DNA of 36,439 nucleotides, from assembly GCA_003344405.1 (NCBI GenBank), contig NOWV01000236.1:62001-98439 (forward strand). Direction: 5' to 3'. The stretch comes from Trichoplax sp. H2. Its lineage: Eukaryota. The notes under the pieces are model-generated. The model was not told the DNA's origin. It was given only the letters and a program-made list of their open reading frames with translations, and searched no databases. Positions within the stretch are counted from its first letter, which is position 1. Every line of letters begins with the position of its first letter. Position numbers and translations under genes: made by a program. Shown in pieces: positions 24,874-36,439 of the stretch.

Positions 24874-27800
24874 ATTATACCTTAAAATAAAACAGAATAA
24901 CAAGAAATTTGTTCCTAAAACATTATGATTTGCCTAAATTTGCATACATGCGGAACATATTTTTCAATATCTAGCCGCCAAAATGTCTCTAATGATTAAT
25001 CATGCAATAACGATTGACTATTCATTGTGTCTAAAGACAATGTGAAACAAGTCTAACTGCAATTATAATCATCTTCTAACGGATTTATCAGATCCATATT
25101 AACCTCACTTTAATAAAAACTATTATGCACAATAATCTTTAAGCATCCGCGAAACATATAGAAAATCTAGGCACGTTTTGCCATTCTATAGATAAGGATT
25201 ATAGACTACAATACGTGAACCTTGAATCCTAATTTTTTGTTAAATGCTTTTGGCTCATGATTTTAGATTTTCTTTACAAAGATAAATCAGTATAATAATC
25301 TGGAAGTAAAACCTAATCTATGCAAATTTTTTGTTACTTTGTATTGATGGTTTAAAATTGATAGATTATGACCCATTGAGATACAATACTCGTATATCAA
25401 GTTGTGTGAGATGTAAGCATCATCGTAATTCTGCATGTACATTAAAAAAGTTCAGTAAAAGTGATTTAAATATTGCAGTAGACGATTAAGTACCGTTCAC
25501 TTGAAATAATGCAGTTGAATCACTCTATAGCTTTTTATATCAAATCTAAGCCTTTTGGTTCAAGGCAAAGACTGAGCCATATAATTGCAGAATTTCTGTC
25601 TTTTAAAATAAAATTAATTGATTCATAAGTCTTGATTGTCAACTATAAAAATACCATCTGCTTAGGCTATGTTATTTTATTTCTTTATGCTAATTTTAAT
25701 CGTTTTACATTATTTACTAAAATTTATTTGAGGATATACCAATTTAACTTACTCGATAAGTTAACAATTATTTTAATACTTAATAAATAAAAATAGTACG
25801 ATAACCATCGTAGTTTAACACTTAAGATGAAGCCAATTTATCAAAAATTTTAACAATGAAATAAAAACTTAAAGCTCTTCACTACTGTAACATTTAATCT
25901 CATCATCGTGAAATTATGACCAACGAAGGTTTCAATTCTTAATATTTTAATAGATCATTCCAAAATCTGAAAATTAACAATTATTAGTAAAATTTTTGTT
26001 AAATTGAAATGAAAAAAATATTTATTAAGGAGCAAACTTTTAAAAATTGCTAAAATCTATTAATTTCTTCTCTGATTACTTAACTTATTTCCTATTTTTA
26101 TGTTATTCATTACAAAAATTATTCATTAATTACATTACAGTACATGCTATAGATACTGATTGCAAAGATTACCACAAGGGAAAATATAGAGATCCAGTTA
26201 TTATGTAAATATTACCTCATCTAAAGTTGAAAGAATATGTAATCCATGAATAATGAAGAAATTCAACAATAAGTAATCCAATTAAATAAAAATTAAATAA
26301 AATAAGGGAATTAATTGACCTATTAATGGCTATATTCAATGTAATTAAATCCGTATACTAAAAGAAATTTAAGGTCGAGAAGATCTGTAAAATCTAGCTA
26401 ACTTTTTAAAACACGTTGATCATCCATCCTTATCTCATTCAAATATCTTGAAATAGAAATAGTTGCTATACCATATGCAGCAACATATTAGCAGCTGCGA
26501 CGAATATTGATATCTTTCTTTTGTTCAATTTTGCTTTTAAAGCAAGAGAAGGATGGCGCTATATTACATTAATTCTGCCGCTCCGAAACGACTTCATTTG
26601 GCTATTGGTTTCTTTGTTATCCTTGTGAAGGCTACCAACTACGATTATAATATTTTCTGGCCACAAAACATCTAACAATAACATGTGAGTAGCGAAAATT
26701 GATTAACATTTTAATTAACATGAGAGGATTTCAATCATAACATCAGTGACTATGTCACTATTTGAAGTTAGTACCACAACTATTGGATACAGCTTAAGCG
26801 TTAACTACAACTCCGATACAATATTCCGCTCTAGGTGATAGTACAGTATATGAAATGATGTACAGTATAGTAACAATTATATTCATCTTGAAGCTAACTG
26901 ATCCTATGGTATCGGGTTTAGTCATAAGTTCTTATCTGGTGATGTCAATAGCTTTTGCTTATAGATTCTTATATCGAGAGAAACTGCTTACTTAAATAGT
27001 AAAACAATTAATTAAGATTCTATAGTTCGATGCAAAGAAATCTGTATGGCCACTACGTCCTTTTAGCTCTCAATGAGATTGCTGATATTATTTTAAATAG
27101 TACAATATAGTAATAAAATGCTGAAAATATCATGTTGAGCTATAAATAGGCAGTTTTACTAACTAAAAATTTAGATTTAATATATCTAACCGAGCTGCTA
27201 ACAATTGTCCGAAACGGAATAAGTTAATTAGACTATATCGAAGCTTTCTCTTTCAATTATAATTGTAACGTCTATATATATATACAGTATATGGCGTCAA
27301 GTCCTACTTACGAAAATTAAACATTGACAGTTGATAAAAACCTAGATTAAATTGACCTAACCAATTTCAATAATGCTGATCATTTAAACATACTTTAGTA
27401 CAATAAAACCAATAATAATGAGTCAATATGGGTATTAATATATTAATACATGATCGACCCGTATCAAGTATAAGTATTAGAGGATACTAAACTAAAATTT
27501 ATTATTAGAGGTATATTTACTCTACTTTTAAGAACTATGACCACAGTATCAAGAATTACGCTGTTTTAAAATTTACTTGGGGAAAACATTAAGATAGGGG
27601 TCGATAAAGAAGATCAATAATACAGACTTAAAATTAGCTAAATAGACGATTATCATTTCGCTTACCAAGAGATATAATTAAACATTTATCACCGCATATA
27701 ATAATGCATCAGTAAAAAGTTTCTCATTTTGATTTGTTTGTTGATGATATAATTGTTGTAGTATTAAGCTAAAAATTCGATCTTATCAATCGGTAATTAA

Positions 27801-30800
27801 AGTAGTTTAGATTATACCATAACCACATTATTGAATCTATGAACGATATGTGACCGAAGTCAGCAGCATATATTGCTTAAATTACAGTGACTGAAATTCT
27901 TGTAAGTATGGCAGATTTTTTGTTGCAATTTTAATTATAAATGAAATCATGTAAAACATGCATATGATATTTTTTACTGTATTCCATTTCCATAACACAA
28001 AAGTAGTAAATGAGTACAAACAACCAGTCAGTTAAATTATATGATAAATGGCGATCATGAAAACTACAAATAATTAGAAAATGCCCATAAAGAAACACGT
28101 TAATCTTCTACTTCATTAGCTATTCCATAGAAGAAGGCCCGAGATACGATCATCAAGATATATAATATTTATCAGCAGGGATATACTAAAAAATACAAAG
28201 ATTGCTATAGGAAGCAAAATGCATTACCCGGTTCATTTATTATACTACTTTTAGTTAGCGTTACTAAAATTGGGTAATTGTAACTTTCAACAATATTATG
28301 ACATTGGCATTAAACATTTTGATATTCCATCTACAAGTTAGTAAAATAAATTTGGCAATAACAACAATTTGAACAAAAAGTCGTCGCTGATTGGCTTTAC
28401 ACCAACATTATTAATAAACTGACGGTTTTTTATCTTAAATCCTATTTTTCAAAATTGACATGAATTATACTGGCCTCTAAAACAACAAGATAAGAATTGA
28501 AAGAAAAGTGATAATAACAATAATGAAATAGATTATATCAGCTTTTAGTCAATGCAAAAGGTTGGAGAAGATCCCCTGAAATTTCTGACTATTAAAGTAA
28601 ACAGTATTAAAAGCATTATATCAGCTTGATAATTATAAAATATTAAATAAGATCACAAAAAAAATGTGGCTATTGTTTTTCATGTAATTTTTGAACATGA
28701 AACCATCTGTTTCATTATCCGTTAAAGACGAACATAATACCATGGAAAACAGAAGGAAATGAAGAGAAAGGAAGGAAGGGAGGGCAGTTGTTCTACAATC
28801 AAAGTAGTTCAAAATTGACAGCAATTAAAAATAATACTCTGATCAAGATAAAACAACAAGCTTGTAATCTCCTACCGGCAATAGAATTTGAATTATATTT
28901 TTACCACGGCGACAAATCACGACAAAACATAAAGTGAACGTTGTGTCAGCCACGATAGTTAACTATTAATAGGAATATAAGTTTATTTCGTGAAATTTTT
29001 TCCAACGGTATCTTTAGTATAGCTGACCAATATGTTTGTAAACCGTCTTCATCTTGTCGGTATTGCAAACGACATCTATAAATTTTTAATGACAGAGAAA
29101 TGATCAACACTATATTAATATAAACTTTTAATTGATCTGGTTCATTGAATCTTAAAGATTTCTGTATTTCATCGAAGAAGATAGCGTTTTATTTACACCT
29201 TGTTCAGATTTTACCCAAGTTACAAGGTAGATATTGTTTTCCTACATAGAATTGACCCAGTAAAAATATACTATTCATAGACAAGCCTGATATTGACCTC
29301 ATCAGTTAAGAACACTTCTGTGCCTATCGAACAACAATAAATATTAATTTCTCTGGACCCTGTAATGTAATTGCTTAATTTCGTGATCTAGGAAGAAAGA
29401 GTTGGAATTTTAAATTATGACTTTCTCCAATGTTGGAAATCGATTTTGTTGTATCATATTAACAATAGGACAGAGAGTAGGCATAGCAGAAATGGATGGT
29501 CTACCGATAGGTCTTTAATTATGTCAAAAATTCTGGTAAATTAGATGGTGTCTTGAATTATGATGTAACTTTTCTTGCAACCCTCATGCAGCTGTTTCAT
29601 TATATTGTTAGTTTTGATGGCTATTTCCTAAAATATAAAGAAATTTAATCGAATTGTTTATTTTCAATAATGTTTCACGTTTAAATGACGGTTAGGAATA
29701 AAATTTTCTATTTTTATTGCCAAAGTTCTCTCCTTAAACTATTGTAATTAATGCTATCTAGGTATATGCTGTACTTTGATGAACATGCTGAAGTTAATCA
29801 TATTATTATTGTTGATTTATCAGGTATTCTCAGTACCGAAGGTAAGCAGCAGAGATAAATAGATTCCGGTAGTCTTTAGTAATTACTGTACAAATAGACT
29901 ATCAATGAAACATGACCACTAAGAAAAATAATCATGTCCATTGTTGTCTATAACGCTTGCTATTGATCAGTTAAAATGTCGTACAGGTTTCAATCTTTCA
30001 AACGGGCGAATGCTATTTAGTAAGTATTCAAGGAGATTTTCCCGAACTGTAAAACTATCAACACCAATTCTGCAAGCTAAAGTATTCTAGAATAGCTTAT
30101 TTTAGTTATGCTATCATCAGACATGTTTGGTACTTATCCTAATATTGCAATAAACTGAAATTAATTATCACTTAATTACAACTATATTAAGTTGAAAACG
30201 GTGTGATAACAATCTTATTCTATTTTAACTTAAATATTGAAAAATGGTTTTGAAATTAATAAAAGAATGCTGTAATAGCTAGGTGTCAACTTTTTTTTTA
30301 TTAGTAATATGTACGAATTTATTAAGAAATATGAATATTTTGATTTAATTTTATATAGAATGAAAATGCATTTATTATTCCATTATTCATAATGTTAATA
30401 TTTTGCTATAAAGCAATTAACTGGATGCATGTCAGTCATCTCAGTCATAAAAGTGAATTGATTTAAATGACATTTTATTGTAATTTTAGCCGTGACATGA
30501 TGCAGGATGTTTTCTCTTCCTTCCATTGTAATGTGAATTGTAAATAAGAATTCACCTTCTATTTCATGGATTCTTTCTATAATTCTTGCATCTAAATTGA
30601 ATATAAATTACACCCGTAATGTGTAATTTAGTATTAAATCTTATAGCAACAAAGAAGATGCTTAGTTTAGAAATGAAGAATTAATAGAGAAGTAAAACAA
30701 AATCTACCCATAATGTAAAATAGATTTAAGAATATGAAGATTGCTATTAATCCTCAGTAACTAAACTTCAGTAATTCTATCTCAATTTACTCCTTCTCCT

Positions 30801-33800
30801 CACTGATTTTCAATTTCATTCTTTCGGACTATTTTTGGTGATTTATATATATACGTGTATACCTTTTGCATAGGCATTCATATTAAGCTTTTGGTATACA
30901 TTATTATGCAAAAACAGTACGCAATTGCCGCTCCGATTCAACGCAATAAAAAGATCACTAGCATCCTCGAGGCGCTGTTTATATATGTATATTCTAATAC
31001 GACAATAAATAAAAAATGCACCATCAGTTATCATTTTCCACCTTCATATAGTAGAGATATTATTATATTTACTCTTAAAATTAATTTACAGCTACTGGCT
31101 TTAAAATTATTAGTAAAATCTTAATAATTTAATAAAAATGGCCTAGGACATATGGACCTTCTAGATGCTAATTAAAGGAAGAGAACTTACTGCTGTAACA
31201 CACAGATTTATCTAAATACCAACGATGGACGCAGTAAAATATTAAAAACAAAATGCTTCTGAGAGAATTTCTATCTGTCTATCTACTCTAAAGTTCTTGG
31301 TATATACGAAATAAATATTAAATCGATAAAATAATGCTAAACTAATTGATTTTAATATTGATGGGTGATATTTAAGAACTTATGAACTTAATTCGAATAT
31401 AATTGAATAAGAATTCGAAAATAATGAAACATTGTCTAGCTATTGAATCTACAAATAGAATCTTCCTCCTTTGCAATGCGGCAGGTGAGTAACTATTTCT
31501 TGCTGGTTAGATCAGCTTAGTGCAGAACTATGCTGCTAAAGTCTGGTCTAGTCATGACTAATTTTAGACTAAGCTAGCAGTGGAATTAGAAACGTCGATA
31601 GAATAAAGAATATTTCTAGAGATTTTATGTGTTCAGCGAAAAAGGTTTTATAATTTCTAAATTTTAAATAATACCTAATAATATGAAGAACTAAATAAAG
31701 AAGTAGCTGTTATAGCTTGCGTTATTACACAAAGATATTTCATAAGCATGCTGCCACAACTACCCTTGCAACTCAAGAAAACAAGACAGTACTTATAATA
31801 AACTTTACCTCAATCCGCAGAACTACTTCCCTAGCCTACAGTATAGTGATTGGAATTCTTGCAAAGTACACACTAACTCGCTCAACACAGTATACGGTAT
31901 ATAACTCTCACACAACTTCGCCTTAACCTGAACCACTTTTTATTGATCACAATCCTACTTATATACTTTTTCAGTCGTTATAACATATTTACTATGCTAT
32001 CAACGTATTTCAATAGCCAACATGTTATTACGATTAAATTATTAAATACGGACATTCGGGGTAATAGACAATTTCATACGTAAGCCTACTTCGATTGTAA
32101 GCTATACCAAACTCCTATATTCTCGGTACTTATTTGTAACATATTACTATATCGTCATAATATTATAATAAACTTAGTTTATTACTAACAATAACAATTC
32201 CTCAAGTAGTAGTTCATACTTCTAATAAGTTTAAAAACAAAATGTTATCATAAACTACACACACATATCTAAGTTATTTTGATGACCGTGACACATGCAC
32301 ATTGCGCAAGAATATACTTATGAATAGACGACTTTTGAATCTTTAGGAATGTCTTTAGCTCAAATCATTCAAGAGATTGTAGTGTGTTGTTTCTTTAATC
32401 TCTCAAATGTAAATATTTTACTGCTGCTAGTTGCGTCAATACTGTAATCAGTTGGATTAAACACCAGAGCTTAGCTACTAATTTAAGATTACATTTAGAA
32501 TGAAACAGCTTGCACTCTGATACCTCTTCTCCGTCGCTTCAGCATTAATGATTCATAAACTTAATTCTCATACTGTTGGCAATTAATAATTTTAAGCACT
32601 GCTGTATCACTTATTAATCTCAACCTCTCCATCTTTACAACTTATTTCGTACTACTATAACAATGAGATACTTGGCTCTGTCTTTGCTAAATTACGACTT
32701 GAGCTAGAATATCTGAATGATGGATGCCACCCTTAAGCAGCTGTTCTTTAGGATATCTTTAAATATGTTCCAAGGTTGTGTACTAATTGAATTGAAAACA
32801 TTGCAATCGATTGAAATTAAAATTGTCTTCTCATATAGTATAAAATACACAATTGTTTATTGATGAATCAAATTGACTATAAGTAATCCTTAACAAGGGC
32901 CATAAAATGCATATGCAATAGCACATCAACTCAATATCATTTTTATAAATATTCTTATAAAGAATTCCTTACTTCTTTGCATTCCTTATACTAGTTGCTT
33001 AGAATTAATAATGGAAAAGTTGCATGTGATAGTATAGTCATGTAGATAAATAGAAATCAAATTAATAATTATTTTCGATAATGCAATTCTCTTAAATTTT
33101 TCTATATTAGAATGTTAACGCACTAGCTTAATTGCCGTTTGTTGCGTTATTTCTAGCATTGATATTTCACGATTCCAATATTATCAAATTATTTGCGAAT
33201 CAAAATTATTCTCGGCATCAAATTATATTATTGGTGAGAACAATCGTAAGTTTATTAATTTGCATTCTAATTATATAATTACCATATATTTCATATAATG
33301 ATAAATATGTTATATTTTATATACTTTCATTGATTAGAATTAGCGTTATACTTATAGATTATTTTAAAACATGACGATGAAATCAGCTATACTAGCAATA
33401 AATATCTGAACAATAAAGATATTCTGGCATGATTATTCTTAAACTTTAAAAGCTTATTTAACTACTGTTAACATGTACAATGTACATTCCATATTCTGAA
33501 AAGGTTTAACGATACTTCCCTGTTATTAAATGGACAAGTGGATACGCTTTATAAATAATCTTTGCTTGCAGGCAATTAATATAAGATCATCAGTGCCTAT
33601 TGTAGCGTTCTATCTATTAACAGAATTTTAAGTAATTTAATTTTAAATCTCCGATGCTTTTTTACTTCTATTAAGCGATAGATGCATTTTTATAACGCTT
33701 TTAATTATAATAGGTAGCAATACTAATATACTAAATCCATTCAGGGTTATTATGCGAAACTCTTTACAAAGGGGCGTTTACGTACAATCTCCCTGATATA

Positions 33801-36439
33801 ACAAAGAAGTAATCGTTTGCACTAAGGATACAGAATTTTTAACTACTCTATTCGGATTATCCATATAGTTAGTAACTTCCCAACTATAGTTCTGTAGTTA
33901 TAAGTAACATCTCTCTTTCTGCTGTAATGCTATAATAAGCTTAACGTCACTTTTAGTAGATAATGACTAGAATTTCATTTGTATAGCTTCTTAATAATAA
34001 TAAAGTAAATATGTACGAGTGTCATAGCTTAAATAGTCATTTCAAAATGGCGTAAAAAGAAATAGATTTGAGCATTTTCGTCCAATCAAAGAAGACAACT
34101 CATGCGAAGTGCCTAACAGAAGGCCTCCGTTACATCCAGCCTATCTACGATTACTTATATGTATCAAGATTCCTATCTATCCAAATTTAGGGATTATCAA
34201 TAAATTTGAGATTAACTTCAAAAACTGATGTTTTATCTAGGCAAGTAATTACTGCCTTTATATGCTGTATTATTCAGCAAAGATCAATAGAAGCTAATCT
34301 AATTAATGTCATTAATTTTACTGCCATAAAGCTATTACTGTATTAATAGCTGGATAAACCTCTTAATCAATCCAATATTGACTAGGTTAATTTTTATTTC
34401 CAGCGAGCTTAAGGTTTTCGCATACCTTCGCAGTTTCGCGAATTTGAAGGTTTTATCTTATTAGCGAAGCATTGTAATTCTAATCCGGATTGCATAATTC
34501 TGAAAGGGAAAGTGTTTTTTGATAAGTGTTCAAAGGTTTCAAGTGCATTCTATTGTATTCAACATGGTAATTTTTGTCCAGAATATCTCTAGCTAACTTT
34601 GCTTCTTTATTTGAATTGATCTAACATCTATAAAACCACCGTAAATATAGAACATTGAGTGTATTATTGGCACGATTAACACCATCGCTCTCACGATAAA
34701 CAGTCAGTGTTGTGTAATTATGATAATCTACCATTTTTGCTACGATATCTTCATACACCATTTACCTTACGTCGCGAGACTAGATACAGTAGCTAGTGTT
34801 GCCACCGCAACTACGATTTTGATTACGGTGACAAATATCTCATAGCTTTGAAGTAATCTTAATAGACACAGTTACAGAGTTGCTTACAGAACTTCACTCA
34901 TCAGCACTGTCCGTAGTTTACTAACTATATAATGAATAGCTCGAATAAGTTAAATTCCGACGAATAGGGTTAAATGATACTGGTTCGAAAGTAGTATTAT
35001 ATGTTATATTGACATATTTCAATCCGAACTTAAGCAAAATTTGCAATTGTTTGCTCTTTTGAGGTAAATAGCCCTGATATTTACGACATGTGATCTGGGC
35101 AGATAAGTTATATTTTCGCTTTACCCTTGACATGTTATTAATTCTATTATTCATCGACTAAAAACATTACAGCTTAATTGGAGTCAACGATGCAAATTAG
35201 ATAAAATTTTTCAGCTATAGTTTTATTACAGCAAAGAATTTTCAAAAAATTATCCTGAGGCAAATTAGTGCGCAATTGCCGTACATACTTTTAAGAATGA
35301 AATGAACATAGGCAAATTTAAAATACTAGAAAAGATAAACCAAGTCCCTGATTTATATTTTCATTAAATCTAATTTCCTGGCCAACGGCTAAAAAGGAAG
35401 TATATTTAGTTACTATTTTAAGACTTTTACAATATTAATTTGCTGTTGTGGCTGTGTCATCTGCAACTTGCTCACTGTCAGAGTAATTCCCTTATACGAA
35501 ATCCTGTGCTTATTGTGATGTTGAGGGTTCTGTGAGATTGATTTCTAGCCTTGGGTGTAGGTCAGCAATAGCCATTATAATCTGAAAGGTAGTATGTGAA
35601 CGAGGAAAATAGTGAGAGAAAGAACAGCGGAATATATGTATTTGCTTACTTAGGAAAGGTAATGTTAAAGCAGCAATCGCGCGTGTTGCAAGGCTAGACT
35701 AAATTGTGTGAGATGATGAAGGAGTGAGAGGATATGAATCAATTAGAAAACAACACTGAAGGATTAGATACAACATATACCATAACAGGCTATGTAATAG
35801 CAAACGACTGTAGAAAATATCGGAAACCGTAATTGCTATACACGACAAACTATATTTGGCTTGTGTTCTAAACTATGGAGAAGCTATTCCTTCTTCTTGC
35901 AGCCGATATTTCAATTAGAACTCAATGCTCTTATACGTACAACTCTCCTTCACTATTTACTGTAGTCTATAGCACACCATTGCTGTACCATATAGCTGTA
36001 AACTTCCTGTAATGAATGAGTTTTTAACCATTATCAATCGAAAATAGATGTGGCTTGGTCTCTTCTTTGATAACGATAAAATCATCAGTTTTTTGAGTTA
36101 TCCAGGATACTAGATAGTAAGAATAAAGTGCTAGCTATAAACTCACTCTTTGCAAGCTAAGACCCTGGTAGATAATATTATAATAAATTTAGCTTAATGT
36201 CCACGTCTTCCCACTTAATTTCGTATTATACTAAGGATATGTTTCCTTATCATACTGATTACCATTATATTTCAATAATTGCATTATTTAATGTCATGTT
36301 ATCAAAGTTATCCTAACTAGTACTATCTATTTGGAATATAATTGAAATAATTGATAGCAATTTAATTAATTTGATATTTTTATTATGATCTAAAGTGATC
36401 AAATGGCAAATAGAAGGGTAGTCATTTGATCAGATTATA

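Noticed and set aside
28750..28786. Purine-rich tract AGAAGGAAATGAAGAGAAAGGAAGGAAGGGAGGGCAG
   Set aside because: Short simple sequence with too few G-runs for a canonical G-quadruplex and no other support.
19805..33485. DM-domain binding-like cores ACAATGT/ACATTGT (e.g. 19807, 21125, 22821, 25037, 33477) suggesting autoregulation
   Set aside because: A rough estimate from base composition predicts several such 7-mers by chance in 36 kb, about as many as I saw. Only the site near 19807 (GCAACAATGT on the minus strand) extends towards the full consensus.
19514..35154. Scattered 60-90 aa ORFs in the gene desert
   Set aside because: Their I/L/Y/K/N-rich composition is typical of random AT-rich DNA. 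They show no domains or consistent exon chains, and several start at non-ATG codons.

Overview
AT-rich eukaryotic (animal) genomic DNA with GT-AG spliced genes. The compact, AT-rich gene structure resembles an early-branching animal such as a placozoan, but this is an unverified inference. Three intron-containing genes can be assembled by hand in the first 16 kb. (1) A CAAP1-like gene on the minus strand (3 exons, ~255 aa). (2) An OMA1 M48 mitochondrial metalloprotease on the plus strand, divergent from CAAP1 (9 exons, ~379 aa, HEMAH motif). (3) A DMRT/doublesex-family transcription factor on the minus strand, convergent with OMA1 (2 coding exons, ~368 aa), with a DMRTA-type DM domain and an apparently degenerate DMA domain. 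Between CAAP1 and OMA1 is a tandem array of a 35-bp core separated by palindromic GTACA/TGTAC-rich linkers, and one core is split by an insertion flanked by a 6-bp duplication. The ~20 kb upstream of DMRT has no recognisable gene and looks like a regulatory gene desert with a few motif clusters. I found no RNA genes, transposases or CRISPR array, and no clearly new biological system. The best leads are the possible ancient CAAP1-OMA1-DMRTA linkage, the cryptic DMA domain and the promoter repeat array.
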